Positions 17,704 through 28,398 of a DNA stretch of 64,000 nucleotides are shown piece by piece; positions within the stretch are counted from its first letter, which is position 1, and every line of letters begins with the position of its first letter. The stretch is from Thermodesulfobacteriota bacterium (GTDB taxonomy: Bacteria > Desulfobacterota > Desulfarculia > JACQYL01). The stretch is from the NCBI GenBank assembly GCA_963675595.2, contig CAXXLZ010000002.1, forward strand, positions 2,208,001-2,272,000. The letters are read 5' to 3'. The position numbers were made by a program, and so were the translations under genes. Under the pieces are notes generated by a model. The model made no database searches. It saw nothing but the letters and a program-made list of their open reading frames with translations, and was not told where the DNA came from.

Positions 17704-19635
17704 TTATGTTTTCTCCGGTGATGAAGGTGTAATGTCGGGTCCGGATTCGGACAACATTTTTCTGAGCTCCTCTCCCTGTACACTTTCCTTCTCCGAAAGG
17801 AGATGGGCCAGATCATCAAGGGTCGTTCGCCGCCCCGAGAGGATTTTCAGCACCCGTTGATGGGCCTCCTCGACGAATCGGGCGACCTCCTCGTCAATTT
17901 CAGCGGCTTTGTCTTCGCTGTAGTTTTTTGGGGGAGCAAAACTTTCCGGGATGAACATAGGCTGAAGAGTGCGCTCATAAGCCACCAATCCCAGGCGATC
18001 GCTCATGCCGTATTCGGTGACCATGGATCGGGCAATGTCCGTGGCCCGCTGCAAGTCGTTTTGGGCGCCGGTTGAAATTTCTTTAAAAACCAGCTCCTCC
18101 GCCACCCTGCCGCCCAAAAGAACGGCCAGGCGATCGATCAACTCCGAGCGCGTCATTAAATAACGATCCTCGGTGGGCTGCTGTTGGGTATATCCGAGCG
18201 CCGCGATCCCACGGGGAATAATGGAAATTTTATGCACAGGGTCGGCATGCTCTACAGACTCGGCCACAATCGCGTGCCCGGACTCATGGAAGGCGACAAT
18301 TTCTTTCTCCAACGGATTCATCACCCGGTTCTTTTTCTGCAGACCCCCTACAACCCGGTCGATGGCCTCGTCGAACTCCTCCGTTCCCACCTCTTCTTTG
18401 TCTTTCCGGGCGGCCAACAAGGCGGCCTCATTGATGATGTTGGCCAAGTCGGCTCCCACAAAGCCCGGGGTGCGACCGGCGACCTTACGGAGATCAACCT
18501 CGGGAGCCAAAAGAACATTATGTGAATGGATTCTCAGGATGGCTTCTCGCCCGTTGATATCCGGGCGGTCCACCAGCACCTGTCGATCAAACCGTCCCGG
18601 GCGCAACAAGGCAGTATCCAGGATTTCCGGCCTGTTGGTGGCGGCCATGATTATGACTCCTTTATTCGCTTCGAATCCATCCATCTCCACCAGTAGCTGA
18701 TTGAGGGTTTGCTCCCGTTCATCATGCCCGCCCATGACATTCATTCCCCGGGCTTTCCCCAACGCATCCAGTTCATCGATGAAGATGATGCACGGGGCCT
18801 GTGCGGCGCCCTGGGCGAAAAGATCGCGCACGCGGGCTGCTCCAACCCCGACGAACATCTCCACAAACTCGGACCCGCTGATACTGAAGAAAGGGACCCT
18901 TGCCTCACCGGCCACAGCCCTGGCCAAAAGGGTTTTGCCGGTACCCGGAGGGCCGACCAGAAGCACCCCTTTGGGAATTCTCCCACCCAGTCTCTGGAAT
19001 TTCTCCGGATTACTCAAAAAGCCCACCACTTCCTCGAGCTCTTCTTTGGCCTCATCGATACCGGCCACATCGGCGAAAGTGACCTTGGTCTCACTTTCAG
19101 CAAATATCTTGGCCTTGCTCTTGCCAAAAGACATGACCCCCATCCCGGGCCCCATCTTTTTCATGGCGTATCGCCAGATCAGAAAGAAAACGCCGATGGG
19201 GATGATCCAGGAGAGAAGGCTGCTCAGGAATTTACTGTCATAGCGACCCGAGTAACCGACCTTGTGATCGTCCAGATCCTTCACCAGATCGGGATCATTC
19301 ACCCGAACCGTGGCGAACTCCTGATCCTGGCCCGGCTTTTCTCCTCTTCCTTTTACCGTTCCGTGGATGCTTTCCGGGCCGATGGTCAAATTACGCAAGG
19401 CGCCTTCAGCCAGGTATTGTTTAAATTGGCTGTAGGGAATCGTCTCCACTCTTCCAGAAGAAAGGTATTGCTGAACATAGCCAAATAGAAGAATGGCCAT
19501 TAGGAAATACCAGATGCTGAAATGAGCCTTGGGTGGCAAGGCATCCTTCTTTTTCTGGGGATTCTTTGGAGTGAAGATTGAACGAAACTTATCTTTCAAG
19601 ATTTCCAATGGTTCTTTTCTGTCATCGGACGGCAT
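17704..19635 (-). CDS. ftsH: ATP-dependent zinc metalloprotease FtsH paralog
   Basis: Two TM helices, Walker [26 protein letters not shown]; ATG 19635 after GAGGAGG. Confidence 0.96.
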   Translation of the reverse strand: MPSDDRKEPLEILKDKFRSIFTPKNPQKKKDALPPKAHFSIWYFLMAILLFGYVQQYLSSGRVETIPYSQFKQYLAEGALRNLTIGPESIHGTVKGRGEKPGQDQEFATVRVNDPDLVKDLDDHKVGYSGRYDSKFLSSLLSWIIPIGVFFLIWRYAMKKMGPGMGVMSFGKSKAKIFAESETKVTFADVAGIDEAKEELEEVVGFLSNPEKFQRLGGRIPKGVLLVGPPGTGKTLLARAVAGEARVPFFSISGSEFVEMFVGVGAARVRDLFAQGAAQAPCIIFIDELDALGKARGMNVMGGHDEREQTLNQLLVEMDGFEANKGVIIMAATNRPEILDTALLRPGRFDRQVLVDRPDINGREAILRIHSHNVLLAPEVDLRKVAGRTPGFVGADLANIINEAALLAARKDKEEVGTEEFDEAIDRVVGGLQKKNRVMNPLEKEIVAFHESGHAIVAESVEHADPVHKISIIPRGIAALGYTQQQPTEDRYLMTRSELIDRLAVLLGGRVAEELVFKEISTGAQNDLQRATDIARSMVTEYGMSDRLGLVAYERTLQPMFIPESFAPPKNYSEDKAAEIDEEVARFVEEAHQRVLKILSGRRTTLDDLAHLLSEKESVQGEELRKMLSESGPDITPSSPEKT

Positions 19636-19965
19636 ATTCCGCCTCCTCGAGCTTAAAGATCTCTCTCCGAAGTCCCGCATAAACGGGAAGTTCAGGTCGC
19701 CTTAGTTTTGCTTCGCCGATACATCGGAAGTCTTGCCCCCCATTGTCCAAAAGCAATTTCGTTCAACCTTTCCTTGAATTGCATTCGTATTCCTGCCGGC
19801 CTCGCGAAGAGGTTTGGCAGTGGCTACGGCACGGGGTAACCGCTTGTTGCGGCAACGAGTAGATGAGCGACAAATGTGCATCGAACCCTATATCTACGAT
19901 ACCGGCCCGCGCCGAAATTCGATAAACCCGGTCTGTTTTTCATGGTTGCTCCCTTTGATCCGCTT

Positions 19966-21315
19966 TCAGTTCGCCTTCTCTTCCCCTGTGGCCAAAACAG
20001 GATCGGCTTCGAGGGATTCGCGTACGAGCAACAACCGCGTATCGATCCTCGCACGCTCATGCGGGGACTCGAGGGTGCGTTCCGCCTGTTCAGCGATCCA
20101 TCCCACTTGATTGCGAAGCGCCTGCCGTCGGTCCGGCCTCGACGTCCGACCGGCGATGGTTTGGAGAGCTCCGAGCATTCGCAACATGACGGCGACATTG
20201 TCCCTGGCGCTGCTCCGAACCTGGCCGAACGATTCGGCCAGCAAGCCTTCAAAGCTCGGTCCTATGGTGATTACTCGCAGTTCCCCGTCCTCGTAGCGGT
20301 GTGATGAGGGTATTTGCCGAGGCGCAAACCGCGCCAGAATCGCCGTCAGATAATCCACGCACATCACGGCCGTCGTCGTGTCATTGACGCCGGGCGAGAG
20401 CGCTTTCAAGGCAACATCCACGATCTGCCGAATACCGAAAGCGGGGTCTTGTTCCACCGTGCGGTGGCGGCTGATGCTGAAAGCCGCCTGCAGGGCGGCA
20501 ATCGTCTCTTGATCCGGCGGGTCTCTCAGAGCGAGTGAGGCCAGCGGGGTGTTATGGACAACGAAATCGCCGATGCCGCGTTCCATCCGCACGATGGTCT
20601 TTCTGTTCCGCGCCACGCGCAGGAGTGCAGCGTTGTCCACCCGTTGAATGTAACCGCTCTCCCTGGCCATGATGACGCGGAAGTTCGACTCTGCCAGAGG
20701 CCGAAGCGTCTGCTCCTCATCTTCTTCAACCGGCCCTTGTCCAGGTTTTTCCGGAAAAAGTCGGTCAATGGTCCCGATCGTTTCCTTGGCGGCCGAGGCG
20801 ATGATGCTGGAAGCCTGGATCGAAGAAGCAATGTGATGAATGAAGATAATAAGGACGCCAATACCTCCGAGCGCCAGCACGACGCCGAAGAACACCGCCA
20901 GGTTCGGAACAAATACCCCTTCGTTGCCGCCGCGAATGGTTCGCAATACGATCAGACAATAAGTGAAAATGCCGGCGAAGACTCCGAGTACGACCTGCGT
21001 GACACGGCTGCGCATGAAGTTCCGCAGGATGCGCGAAGTGTATTGGCTCGAAGCCAGCGCCAGCACCACCACGGTCATGGAGAACGTGACCCCCACCACG
21101 GACATCATCGAACCGGCAATCGTCGACAAAATCCCGCGCGCGCCTTCCGACCCGGCCCCAAAAAGGCGCGGCCAACGGGCCAGCCATCGGTCGCGCCCGG
21201 CGGAATCTGCTTCAATCAACACCACCGCCGCGACAATGCTGATCGCGACAATCAGCGAAGGCATAAACCAAAAGCTCGAGCGCAGATTGCCCCAGATTTG
21301 TTTGAGTTTATTCAT
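19966..21315 (-). CDS. DUF2254-family membrane protein
   Basis: LRSSFWFMP, LASSQYTSRILRNF and ALSPGVNDTTTA motifs; likely start MNKLKQ. Confidence 0.88.
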   Translation of the reverse strand: MNKLKQIWGNLRSSFWFMPSLIVAISIVAAVVLIEADSAGRDRWLARWPRLFGAGSEGARGILSTIAGSMMSVVGVTFSMTVVVLALASSQYTSRILRNFMRSRVTQVVLGVFAGIFTYCLIVLRTIRGGNEGVFVPNLAVFFGVVLALGGIGVLIIFIHHIASSIQASSIIASAAKETIGTIDRLFPEKPGQGPVEEDEEQTLRPLAESNFRVIMARESGYIQRVDNAALLRVARNRKTIVRMERGIGDFVVHNTPLASLALRDPPDQETIAALQAAFSISRHRTVEQDPAFGIRQIVDVALKALSPGVNDTTTAVMCVDYLTAILARFAPRQIPSSHRYEDGELRVITIGPSFEGLLAESFGQVRSSARDNVAVMLRMLGALQTIAGRTSRPDRRQALRNQVGWIAEQAERTLESPHERARIDTRLLLVRESLEADPVLATGEEKAN

Positions 21316-21595
21316 CGGTCTATCCCCATGTGCCCTATTTGTGAGAGTGATGGAGTCAAGTTTCACCACGTCGCGGCGTTTTGCCGGCTCAGGCGAGCAG
21401 CCGGATCGAATGACCCGACGACTCGAGCTCAAGCCGCAACCACTCATCGTTCAGTTCGCGCAAAGGCATTGTCGCCAATCGCCCTGTATCGTTGCACGGA
21501 AAGAGCCCCCCTCATCGCCGGCCACCTTGCCAAGCGCGCCTGAATACATCGGAACTCTTCGCTGAACATGAACTCCGCCCCTATTTATTGAAATA

Positions 21596-21620
21596 AGGTA
21601 ACTCGCGTAGGAGTTACCTT
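21596..21620 (-). terminator. Possible intrinsic terminator hairpin
   Basis: AAGGTAACTC-N6-GAGTTACCTT 10-bp stem just after the 21643 stop; weak U tract. Confidence 0.4.
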
Positions 21621-21642
21621 CGAGTTTCCTTTCTCAGCCAAC

Positions 21643-21993
21643 TTATTTCTCGATAAGAAGCCCGATTCCATCGGCGCATGCTCTGCTCACGGCATAGTCA
21701 GACTCTGTCTGCCCGGTCATTTTATCCCAACCGCCTTTTTTGATGAATTTAGCTCTTTCCCAACTGGTTACTTTCTCAAATTCTTTGAGAGTCTCATCAT
21801 AATTCGGTTGCTTCGTAAACTGGGCGACGCAGATAGCAGCCTGACTTGCCAGTACTGCTTCTGCGGCCATCGCTTTAGTCATGCTGGGGGTTGACCAGCC
21901 TCCCCAGGCAAAACCGATGACTATCGCGATGACTGCCCCGAGAACAAGGCCCCAACCTCCAGCCTTGAGTTTTCCCGTAGTTTCCGTTTTCAT
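21643..21993 (-). CDS. Conserved hypothetical membrane-anchored protein
   Basis: GGGAGGT RBS; N-terminal TM ending IGFAWGGW; two cysteines (ICVAQF, RACA). Confidence 0.75.
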   Translation of the reverse strand: MKTETTGKLKAGGWGLVLGAVIAIVIGFAWGGWSTPSMTKAMAAEAVLASQAAICVAQFTKQPNYDETLKEFEKVTSWERAKFIKKGGWDKMTGQTESDYAVSRACADGIGLLIEK

Positions 21994-22221
21994 TGATGAT
22001 ACCTCCCTGAATTATGTTGTGATGTTTCTGTTTAGGATGACCTTGTGAACGATGGGAGGTACGAGGTGATCTGCCTCGACCCGCATCCGACCGTCTTTTC
22101 CATTTGAAGAGCATTTCCACTTCCCTGAATCGCCCCCCACACGATCCGGCCAACAAGGCGTTGTTTATTTCCCGGATACTCCCGGCTTCAAGAATGCCTT
22201 GGGCCTGGATGGGTTTCCGAC

Positions 22222-23703
22222 TCACTGAACGATCTTCGTTTCGCAGATTTTGCGGAAATGATGGCCGTAAATCGCCAGGGTGATAGCCAATGCAAAAAAA
22301 CGAGGCCGGCGGCAAAGAGTCCAGAACAAAATCCTCCAATATTGGAATCGCTCCTTTCCGAAAATACCCAGGCGTATGCTTGAACGAAAGACTGCCAGCA
22401 GACGTTGAAAATCCAGGGGAGCCCTGACCTTTGGTCTCTTGTACTCCCGGAGGAAGGTTATCGTTCGTTGATAGTAATGCTTGGGTGAGTAAATTTGCCG
22501 CATTAAGTTTGCGTATCCTTGGCACAACACATCAAGCCCCATTATGGGAATTATGTTGGTTGTGCCATCGACGTTATCTCCAGAGATAACGTCCATCAAG
22601 CGGCCCTCCTCTTTCATTCGTTCGTGAAGCCTGGTTCCGGGAGGGGCGTTTAGCAGGCCAACCATGGCCGTTACGATGCCGCTCTTTTGGATAAAATCAA
22701 TCTGGCGCTGAAAGATGGAAGGCGTGTCACTATCGAACCCCACAATGAAGCCTCCTTGCACCTGCAGGCCGGCCCGCTGCATGAGCTTTACACTCTCGAT
22801 CAGGTCCCGGTTCTTGTTCTGCTGTTTGTTGCACTCAGCCAGACTCTCTTCATTGGGCGTTTCGATACCGATGAAGACGGTGTCAAAACCCGCCTTGACC
22901 ATCATCTCCATTAATGCGGGATCATCGGCAAGATTGACCGAGGCCTCGGTGTTAAGGGGGATGTCCTTCCTGTTTTTCTGCCATCGGATGAGCGCGGGCA
23001 GGAGATGCGCCTTGAGATAGGCTTTGTTGCCGATAAAGTTGTCGTCCACAAAAAAGACGGAGCCACGCCATCCTAGATTGTAAATCGCATCCAGCTCGGC
23101 AATAATCTGCTCGGCTGTTTTCATGCGTGTCCGATGCCCGAATAGTGCGGTTACGTTACAGAACTCGCAATTGAATGGACAGCCACGCGAAAACTGGATC
23201 CCCATGGTGGCATAGTGTTTCAAATCGACCAACTCCCACATAGGAGAAGGTGTTCTTCTAAGTTCGCAAAACTCGGAGGTCTCGTAGATGTGCTGAGCGC
23301 ACCCCTTCTCCAGATCCTCCAGAAAAGGGGGCAGCGTCAGTTCAGCCTCGTTCAGTATAAAATGATCCACATCCTCGAATTGATCGTATTCACAGGTAAA
23401 TAGCGGCCCGCCGGCTACGACCTTGACCTTCGCCTCCTTGCACCGGGCGATGATTTCACGTGCGGACTCTCTCTGCAAAGCCATGCCGCTGATAAACACC
23501 CAATCAGCCCAGGCCAGGTCGCTGTCCTCGAGTTTCGTCACATTCATATCGACCAGCTTTTTGGGCCATTCCTTGGGCAGCATCGCTCCTATTGTCAGAA
23601 GACCCAGAGGAGGGAAGGCCGCCTTTTTGCGAATGAATTTAAGGGCGTACTTGAAACTCCAAAAGGTAGCCGGGTACTCCGGATAAACCAGCAAGGATCT
23701 CAT
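22222..23703 (-). CDS. B12-binding radical SAM protein (DUF4070 C-terminus)
   Basis: TFWSF..PPLGLLT, AGGP, SRGCPFNCEFC, FVDDNFIGN, GGFIVGFDSD. Confidence 0.93.
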   Translation of the reverse strand: MRSLLVYPEYPATFWSFKYALKFIRKKAAFPPLGLLTIGAMLPKEWPKKLVDMNVTKLEDSDLAWADWVFISGMALQRESAREIIARCKEAKVKVVAGGPLFTCEYDQFEDVDHFILNEAELTLPPFLEDLEKGCAQHIYETSEFCELRRTPSPMWELVDLKHYATMGIQFSRGCPFNCEFCNVTALFGHRTRMKTAEQIIAELDAIYNLGWRGSVFFVDDNFIGNKAYLKAHLLPALIRWQKNRKDIPLNTEASVNLADDPALMEMMVKAGFDTVFIGIETPNEESLAECNKQQNKNRDLIESVKLMQRAGLQVQGGFIVGFDSDTPSIFQRQIDFIQKSGIVTAMVGLLNAPPGTRLHERMKEEGRLMDVISGDNVDGTTNIIPIMGLDVLCQGYANLMRQIYSPKHYYQRTITFLREYKRPKVRAPLDFQRLLAVFRSSIRLGIFGKERFQYWRILFWTLCRRPRFFALAITLAIYGHHFRKICETKIVQ

Positions 23704-23737
23704 AAACTCTCCTTTCGTATATCTAAATCAATCCGGC

Positions 23738-24691
23738 TCATTCCGGGATGGTCTTCAGAAATCGATAATAGTCTGAATCGGTTCCGAGAATAACAAAGGC
23801 GTTTTTATAGGCGGACTCTTTGTAGGTCTCCAGGGTCTCGAAAAAGGCATAGAAGGCCGGATCCTGACCGTAAGCTTCTCCATAGATTTTGGTCGCCTCT
23901 GCATCCGCCTCGCCGCGGATCTCCTCGGCCGTCCGGTATGCTCCCGAAATGATGGATTTCAGCTCCTTATCCATCTGGCCGAGAATCTCTGCCTTCTTGC
24001 CTTCCCCCTCCGATCGAAACTGGGCGGCTTTGCGCTTTCTTTCCGATACCATCCGTTCGTAAACTTTCTTGCGGACTTGCTCGACATAGTTAATCCGCTT
24101 GATGCGCACGTCGACCAGGTCCATGCCAAAGGCGGGCATGGCCTTTGATGCCTCGGCCAGAATCGCCCGGGTGATCTTCTCTCTGCCCAAGCGAACGGTT
24201 TCCGGGGCTGTTGCTTCCTGGAACGGCGAGAGAACCTTGCCTTCCACCTCTTCGACGGTCGGCATCTCGTTTGTGGTTCTTACGAGCTCCACCAGCGGAT
24301 TCGCCGAAACATAATCCCGGAGAACGGCGTCAATGGTGTCATCCAGCTTGGCGTATGCCTGAGTGTAAGTACCAAGAACCTCCAGGAATTTCTGCGCATC
24401 CACGATTCGCCACCTAGCCGTTGTATCCACATAGATAAACCGTTTGTCCCTGGTGGGTATCTCTTTGGGGTCTCCATCCCACCTCATAATCCGCTTCTCA
24501 TAGCGATTGACTACCTGAATGAAGGGGATCTTGAATCTGAGGCCGGCCTCGGTCTTCGGTTTTCCAATCGGTTTTCCAAACTGAGTGATCACCACCTGTT
24601 CCCATTCGCTTACCGAGTAAAAGGCCCCTGAAAGCAAAAGGAGCAGAACTGTGGCGATAGCAATACCTATGAAAGCTCCCATTCGTCTCAT
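23738..24691 (-). CDS. hflC: FtsH modulator HflC (SPFH)
   Basis: N-terminal TM, TQFGKP..GLRFKIP, VDVRIKRI, RMVSER..A..RSEG. Confidence 0.93.
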   Translation of the reverse strand: MRRMGAFIGIAIATVLLLLLSGAFYSVSEWEQVVITQFGKPIGKPKTEAGLRFKIPFIQVVNRYEKRIMRWDGDPKEIPTRDKRFIYVDTTARWRIVDAQKFLEVLGTYTQAYAKLDDTIDAVLRDYVSANPLVELVRTTNEMPTVEEVEGKVLSPFQEATAPETVRLGREKITRAILAEASKAMPAFGMDLVDVRIKRINYVEQVRKKVYERMVSERKRKAAQFRSEGEGKKAEILGQMDKELKSIISGAYRTAEEIRGEADAEATKIYGEAYGQDPAFYAFFETLETYKESAYKNAFVILGTDSDYYRFLKTIPE

Positions 24692-25731
24692 TGGGCCTCA
24701 CTCCCTTTTGTAACTTGCTGATTGAGTTGGAGAAGCGGCAGCAAGCCTTTCTGCTCGCTGTCGATAATGTAGATCCGCTTGGCGCTGGGCAGAATCGTCT
24801 GATAGGCTTCCAGGTAGAGGCGCTGTTTGGTGACTTCTTTCGCGTTTCCGTATTCTTTGAGGACGGCCGAAAATCTGGCCACATCACCCTTTGCGCGGTT
24901 CACCCGCTCGAGCGCGAACCCCCGGGCCCCGTTGATGGTTCTTTCCGCCTCTCCTTTGGTCTTTGGAATCTCTCGATTATAGGTTTCCTGGGCCTCGTTA
25001 ATGAGTCTCTCCTTTTCCTGCTGGGCCTCGTTTACCTCGTTGAAGGCACCTTTTACAGGATCGGGCGGCACCACGTTCTGGAGTCTCACGTTGACGACGC
25101 GAATTCCTGTTTCGTACTCGTCGAGAATCTTCTGAAGCTCTTCCTGAGCCATCCTGTTCACTTCTTCACGGTTTTGGAGTACATAGTCAAAGCTCCTGTT
25201 CCCCACGATGCGCCGATTCACCGATTCGCTGATATCCCGGATGGTCATAATAGGGTCTTGCACGTTAAAAAGGTATTTTCGGGGATCTTCCCTCCGGAAC
25301 TGGATGATCCACTCCACATCGATGACGTTCAGGTCTCCGGTGAGCATGAGAGATTCCCGCTCCGTCGCGGCGTCCTTTTCATACTGGGTCCGAATACCGG
25401 GGCTCATGCTTTTGAAACCAAAGGTTTCCGTATCCACTTGTTCCGTATGCACCTTGAAGACCGTGTCGACTCCAAACGGAATCTTGAAGTGAAGCCCAGG
25501 CAGGACCATGCCCGAATATCTTCCGAATCGCAGAATGACTCCCTGGTGACCGGGGGCGACGGTGTAAATGGAGGTGTAAGCCAAGAGGACCGCAAGGACA
25601 ATGACGATCAAAACCGGCCAGAGCAGCTTTCTTCCCTTCCCGAAGCCCATCGAATCTTTCACTTTCTTGATTACTTCGGAAATATTCGGGAGACCCTCTT
25701 GCGGTCCTCCCAGGTTATTCTCCATTGACAT
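24688..25731 (-). CDS. hflK: FtsH modulator HflK (SPFH)
   Basis: GVILRFG..PGLHFKIP, MLTGDLN, PPDPVKGAFNEVNEA, VTKQRLYLE; ATGA overlap with hflC. Confidence 0.93.
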   Translation of the reverse strand: MSMENNLGGPQEGLPNISEVIKKVKDSMGFGKGRKLLWPVLIVIVLAVLLAYTSIYTVAPGHQGVILRFGRYSGMVLPGLHFKIPFGVDTVFKVHTEQVDTETFGFKSMSPGIRTQYEKDAATERESLMLTGDLNVIDVEWIIQFRREDPRKYLFNVQDPIMTIRDISESVNRRIVGNRSFDYVLQNREEVNRMAQEELQKILDEYETGIRVVNVRLQNVVPPDPVKGAFNEVNEAQQEKERLINEAQETYNREIPKTKGEAERTINGARGFALERVNRAKGDVARFSAVLKEYGNAKEVTKQRLYLEAYQTILPSAKRIYIIDSEQKGLLPLLQLNQQVTKGSEAQ

Positions 25732-25751
25732 ACATTATTCTCCTCGTCTTT

Positions 25752-26105
25752 TTAGAAGTTCCTTTTGGAAGTTCCCTTGCTCCTTATTGCATTGACGACC
25801 TCCACCCCTTCCGAATGAGAGACCGTACGGATTTTCATTTCCATCGGTTTGGCTAAAAGGCTCTTTGTCCCGAGCAAAACACTGAATCTTTCAGACCGTA
25901 TATGACGTTCCAAGTCTTCACGGGTTTCCCACTCCTCGAGAAGGTTTAGAAGGTTCTTGTCTTCGATACCGCGAAAAAGGGCATAGCTCAGACAGCCGGC
26001 CTCCTGTTCCTCCTTACCGATCATCGATAGAAGCGTTTGAACCAATTCCTTCTGTTTTTCAGGAAGTACGTTCATAGTAATTCTAACATCTATCATTGTG
26101 TACAC
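25752..26105 (-). CDS. ABM-domain (putative quinol monooxygenase) protein
   Basis: EAGCLSY..EEWETREDLERHIRS pattern. Confidence 0.85.
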   Translation of the reverse strand: MYTMIDVRITMNVLPEKQKELVQTLLSMIGKEEQEAGCLSYALFRGIEDKNLLNLLEEWETREDLERHIRSERFSVLLGTKSLLAKPMEMKIRTVSHSEGVEVVNAIRSKGTSKRNF

Positions 26106-26130
26106 CTCTAAGCAATGTCGGCTTTTCCGG

Positions 26131-26361
26131 TTATCTTACGCTTTCCAGCTCTGTTCGTTTATTTTATTTGGCCGAAACAGCGCTTAATATGGTAATAAGC
26201 GCTCATTCGCTGCGACTATGCTTGACGCTGACTTTGCCTATGTCTGTATTAGCCACTTGAAGTTCAAGTCTTGACGTCTGAATCCCGCCACTTTGTGTAC
26301 CGTATACGAAATGTGGTTCATCAACTATCGCTCGTGCAATGACTTCAACTATTTCTTTCAT
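26131..26361 (-). pseudogene. khpA: KhpA pseudogene, copy 2 (full length, two nonsense codons)
   Basis: GAGGTG RBS; 77 codons MKEIVEVIARAIVDEPHFVYGTQSGGIQTSRLELQVANTDIGKVSVKHSRSE*ALITILSAVSAK*NKRTELESVR*; GxxG loop lost. Confidence 0.85.
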
Positions 26362-26468
26362 GCTTCACCTCGTGTTGCCGCTTCACATCAAATAGACGAT
26401 AGTAATGACGACGACCTTGATCAACCTTGCAAAAAGATCGGTATTTCGGTTATCCATTTTTCTAATTA

Positions 26469-26483
26469 TCAAACTTCATGCCG
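26469..26483 (-). promoter_or_regulatory. Sigma54 -24/-12 promoter, copy 2
   Basis: CGGCATGAAGTTTGA gives GG-N10-GA; IHF-like AATCAG-N4-ATG upstream at the same offset as in copy 1. Confidence 0.68.
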
Positions 26484-26571
26484 GAATTGTAACACGTAGC
26501 TGTTTGTTATCCATGATCCTGATTTATAAAGAGAATCGGTGTATAAAGCACCGAGGAGGCAGGGACGAACA

Positions 26572-26628
26572 AACGTTGAACGAGGGTCATCTATGACCAT
26601 TGGTCAAATATGACCCTCGTTCAACGTT
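26572..26628. promoter_or_regulatory. Putative upstream activator sequence, copy 2
   Basis: GGTCATCTATGACC (26585-26598) and GGTCAAATATGACC (26602-26615) within 19-bp perfect outer IR arms. Confidence 0.78.
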
Positions 26629-26753
26629 CTCCGGCGTGGTGCGGGGGCTTAACAAAGAAGAATGGAAATGATTAGCGCAAGATTTGCGGGGCCTGCAGTC
26701 TCATTGCAGTTGACAAACAAAGCGCGTTCGGTTCAGCCGGGCGGCAATAAAAA

Positions 26754-28301
26754 TTAGCCTTTTCGGATATTGAGCTTACGCATGCGGGCGCGCAATGTGC
26801 TACGGTCGAGGCCAAGGATTTCAGCGGCACTGTTTTCACCGCTCACTTTCCACTGTACCTGTTCCAGCACATGAATAATATATTGCCGTTCAACATCCGC
26901 CAAGGTTCTTCCGGAGCTTATTAAATCCTTGTGCGGCTTTTTCAGTTCATCCACCAGACGCAGTTTGGGTCCCGAGGAGTTGATCACAGCCCGTTCTAGG
27001 ACATTTTCCAGTTCGCGAATATTGCCGGGCCAATGATATGTCTGCAACGCGTCCATAACATTCACCGGGACCATCTCGATGGATTTGCCCAGTCTTTTTG
27101 AAATCTTATCAACAAAGAAATTGACCAGCAGCGGTATGTCTTCAATGCGGTCCCGGAGCGGCGGCATGGTAATCGGAAAAATATTTAACCGGTACCAGAG
27201 ATCTTCGCGAAATCGGCCTTTGCGGACTTCCTCTTCAAGATTGCGATTGGTGGCGGCGATGATTCGAACATCGACCTTTCTCGTGTCAGAGCTGCCCAAG
27301 CGTTCAAACTCACCGTTCTGTATCACCTGGAGCAGTTTGGGCTGCAATTCCAGCGGCAGTTCGCCAATCTCATCCAAGAACAGGGTAGCGCCGTCGGCGA
27401 GCTCAAATCGGCCCAACCTTCTGGAATGAGCACCGGTGAAAGCACCTTTCTCGTGGCCGAAGAGTTCGCTTTCGATAAGGTTGGAAGGCAGAGTCGCGCA
27501 ATTCACTTTCACCAACGCTCGCTCTTTGCGCAGGCTCAAGCCGTGAACGGCCCGGGCAACCAGCTCTTTGCCGGTTCCGGTCTCGCCAAGAACCAAAACG
27601 GTGGTATCGCTGCGGGCAATTTGTTCAACCTTATAGAACACGTAATTGATCCCATCACTCTGGCCAATCATGTTCTCATGGTTGTATTCCAGTTTGATTT
27701 CTTCCTGAAGATAGGCTCGTTCAGCTTCAAGTTGATCCTTCAACTTTTTTATTTCAAAAAGTGATTCTTCAGCGATTTGCTTGCCCTTTTCCGCCTCTTC
27801 CCTTGCTACGCTGATTTCGGCCGTTCGCCTTTCAACCAGTTCCTCGAGATGTCTTTTATAATATTCACGTTCAGTCACATCCTCGATGGATACGAGGATC
27901 ATCTGTGTTTGCTTCGACTCGCTATAAATCCTTCCGGCGTTCAGATGCATTATCTTTCGACCTATGTTCTCAAAGTTATGTTCCACCTCGAAGTCATTGA
28001 ATGTGGAATTCTTAGGAAGGATGTCTTCAAGTAATTCTCTGAGCTTTGGGATGTCCCATTGCCTGTTGCCAATATCATATATTAATACCCCTTCAGTTTG
28101 CCCAGGTTCGACCTTGAATTTTTTATAAAATGACTTATTTGCTTTTACAATCTTCAATTCAGAATCAATCAGCAATAAGGGTTCACGAATAGACCCTAAA
28201 ATGATATCAACCATTTTTCTAAATGCTTGTGAATTTAGGTTGTCATACCCTAAAGACTTCATGATTTCTTCGAATTTATTAAACGATTGCTTGTTATCCA
28301 T
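26754..28301 (-). CDS. PAS-domain sigma54-dependent enhancer-binding protein (Fis HTH)
   Basis: PAS, coiled coil, [30 protein letters not shown]-terminal AAEILGL..STL HTH. Confidence 0.95.
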   Translation of the reverse strand: MDNKQSFNKFEEIMKSLGYDNLNSQAFRKMVDIILGSIREPLLLIDSELKIVKANKSFYKKFKVEPGQTEGVLIYDIGNRQWDIPKLRELLEDILPKNSTFNDFEVEHNFENIGRKIMHLNAGRIYSESKQTQMILVSIEDVTEREYYKRHLEELVERRTAEISVAREEAEKGKQIAEESLFEIKKLKDQLEAERAYLQEEIKLEYNHENMIGQSDGINYVFYKVEQIARSDTTVLVLGETGTGKELVARAVHGLSLRKERALVKVNCATLPSNLIESELFGHEKGAFTGAHSRRLGRFELADGATLFLDEIGELPLELQPKLLQVIQNGEFERLGSSDTRKVDVRIIAATNRNLEEEVRKGRFREDLWYRLNIFPITMPPLRDRIEDIPLLVNFFVDKISKRLGKSIEMVPVNVMDALQTYHWPGNIRELENVLERAVINSSGPKLRLVDELKKPHKDLISSGRTLADVERQYIIHVLEQVQWKVSGENSAAEILGLDRSTLRARMRKLNIRKG

Positions 28302-28398
28302 TGCAGAAACCTACAGGTTAAACCCAAGCACCGAAACCGGTAACGCATCCGCTTTGTTAAGAATGCTCGCAAACCGGAATCGAAAAATAGTGAACACG

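Noticed and set aside
15553-26105. Transmissible locus of stress tolerance (tLST/LHR)
   Set aside because: Shares an ftsH paralog only; no clpK, small HSP, yfdX, kefB or trx genes seen.
26572-26628. Long inverted repeat as terminator of the activator gene
   Set aside because: No U tract, and nested palindromes at a fixed distance from a -24/-12 box in two copies fit an activator site better.
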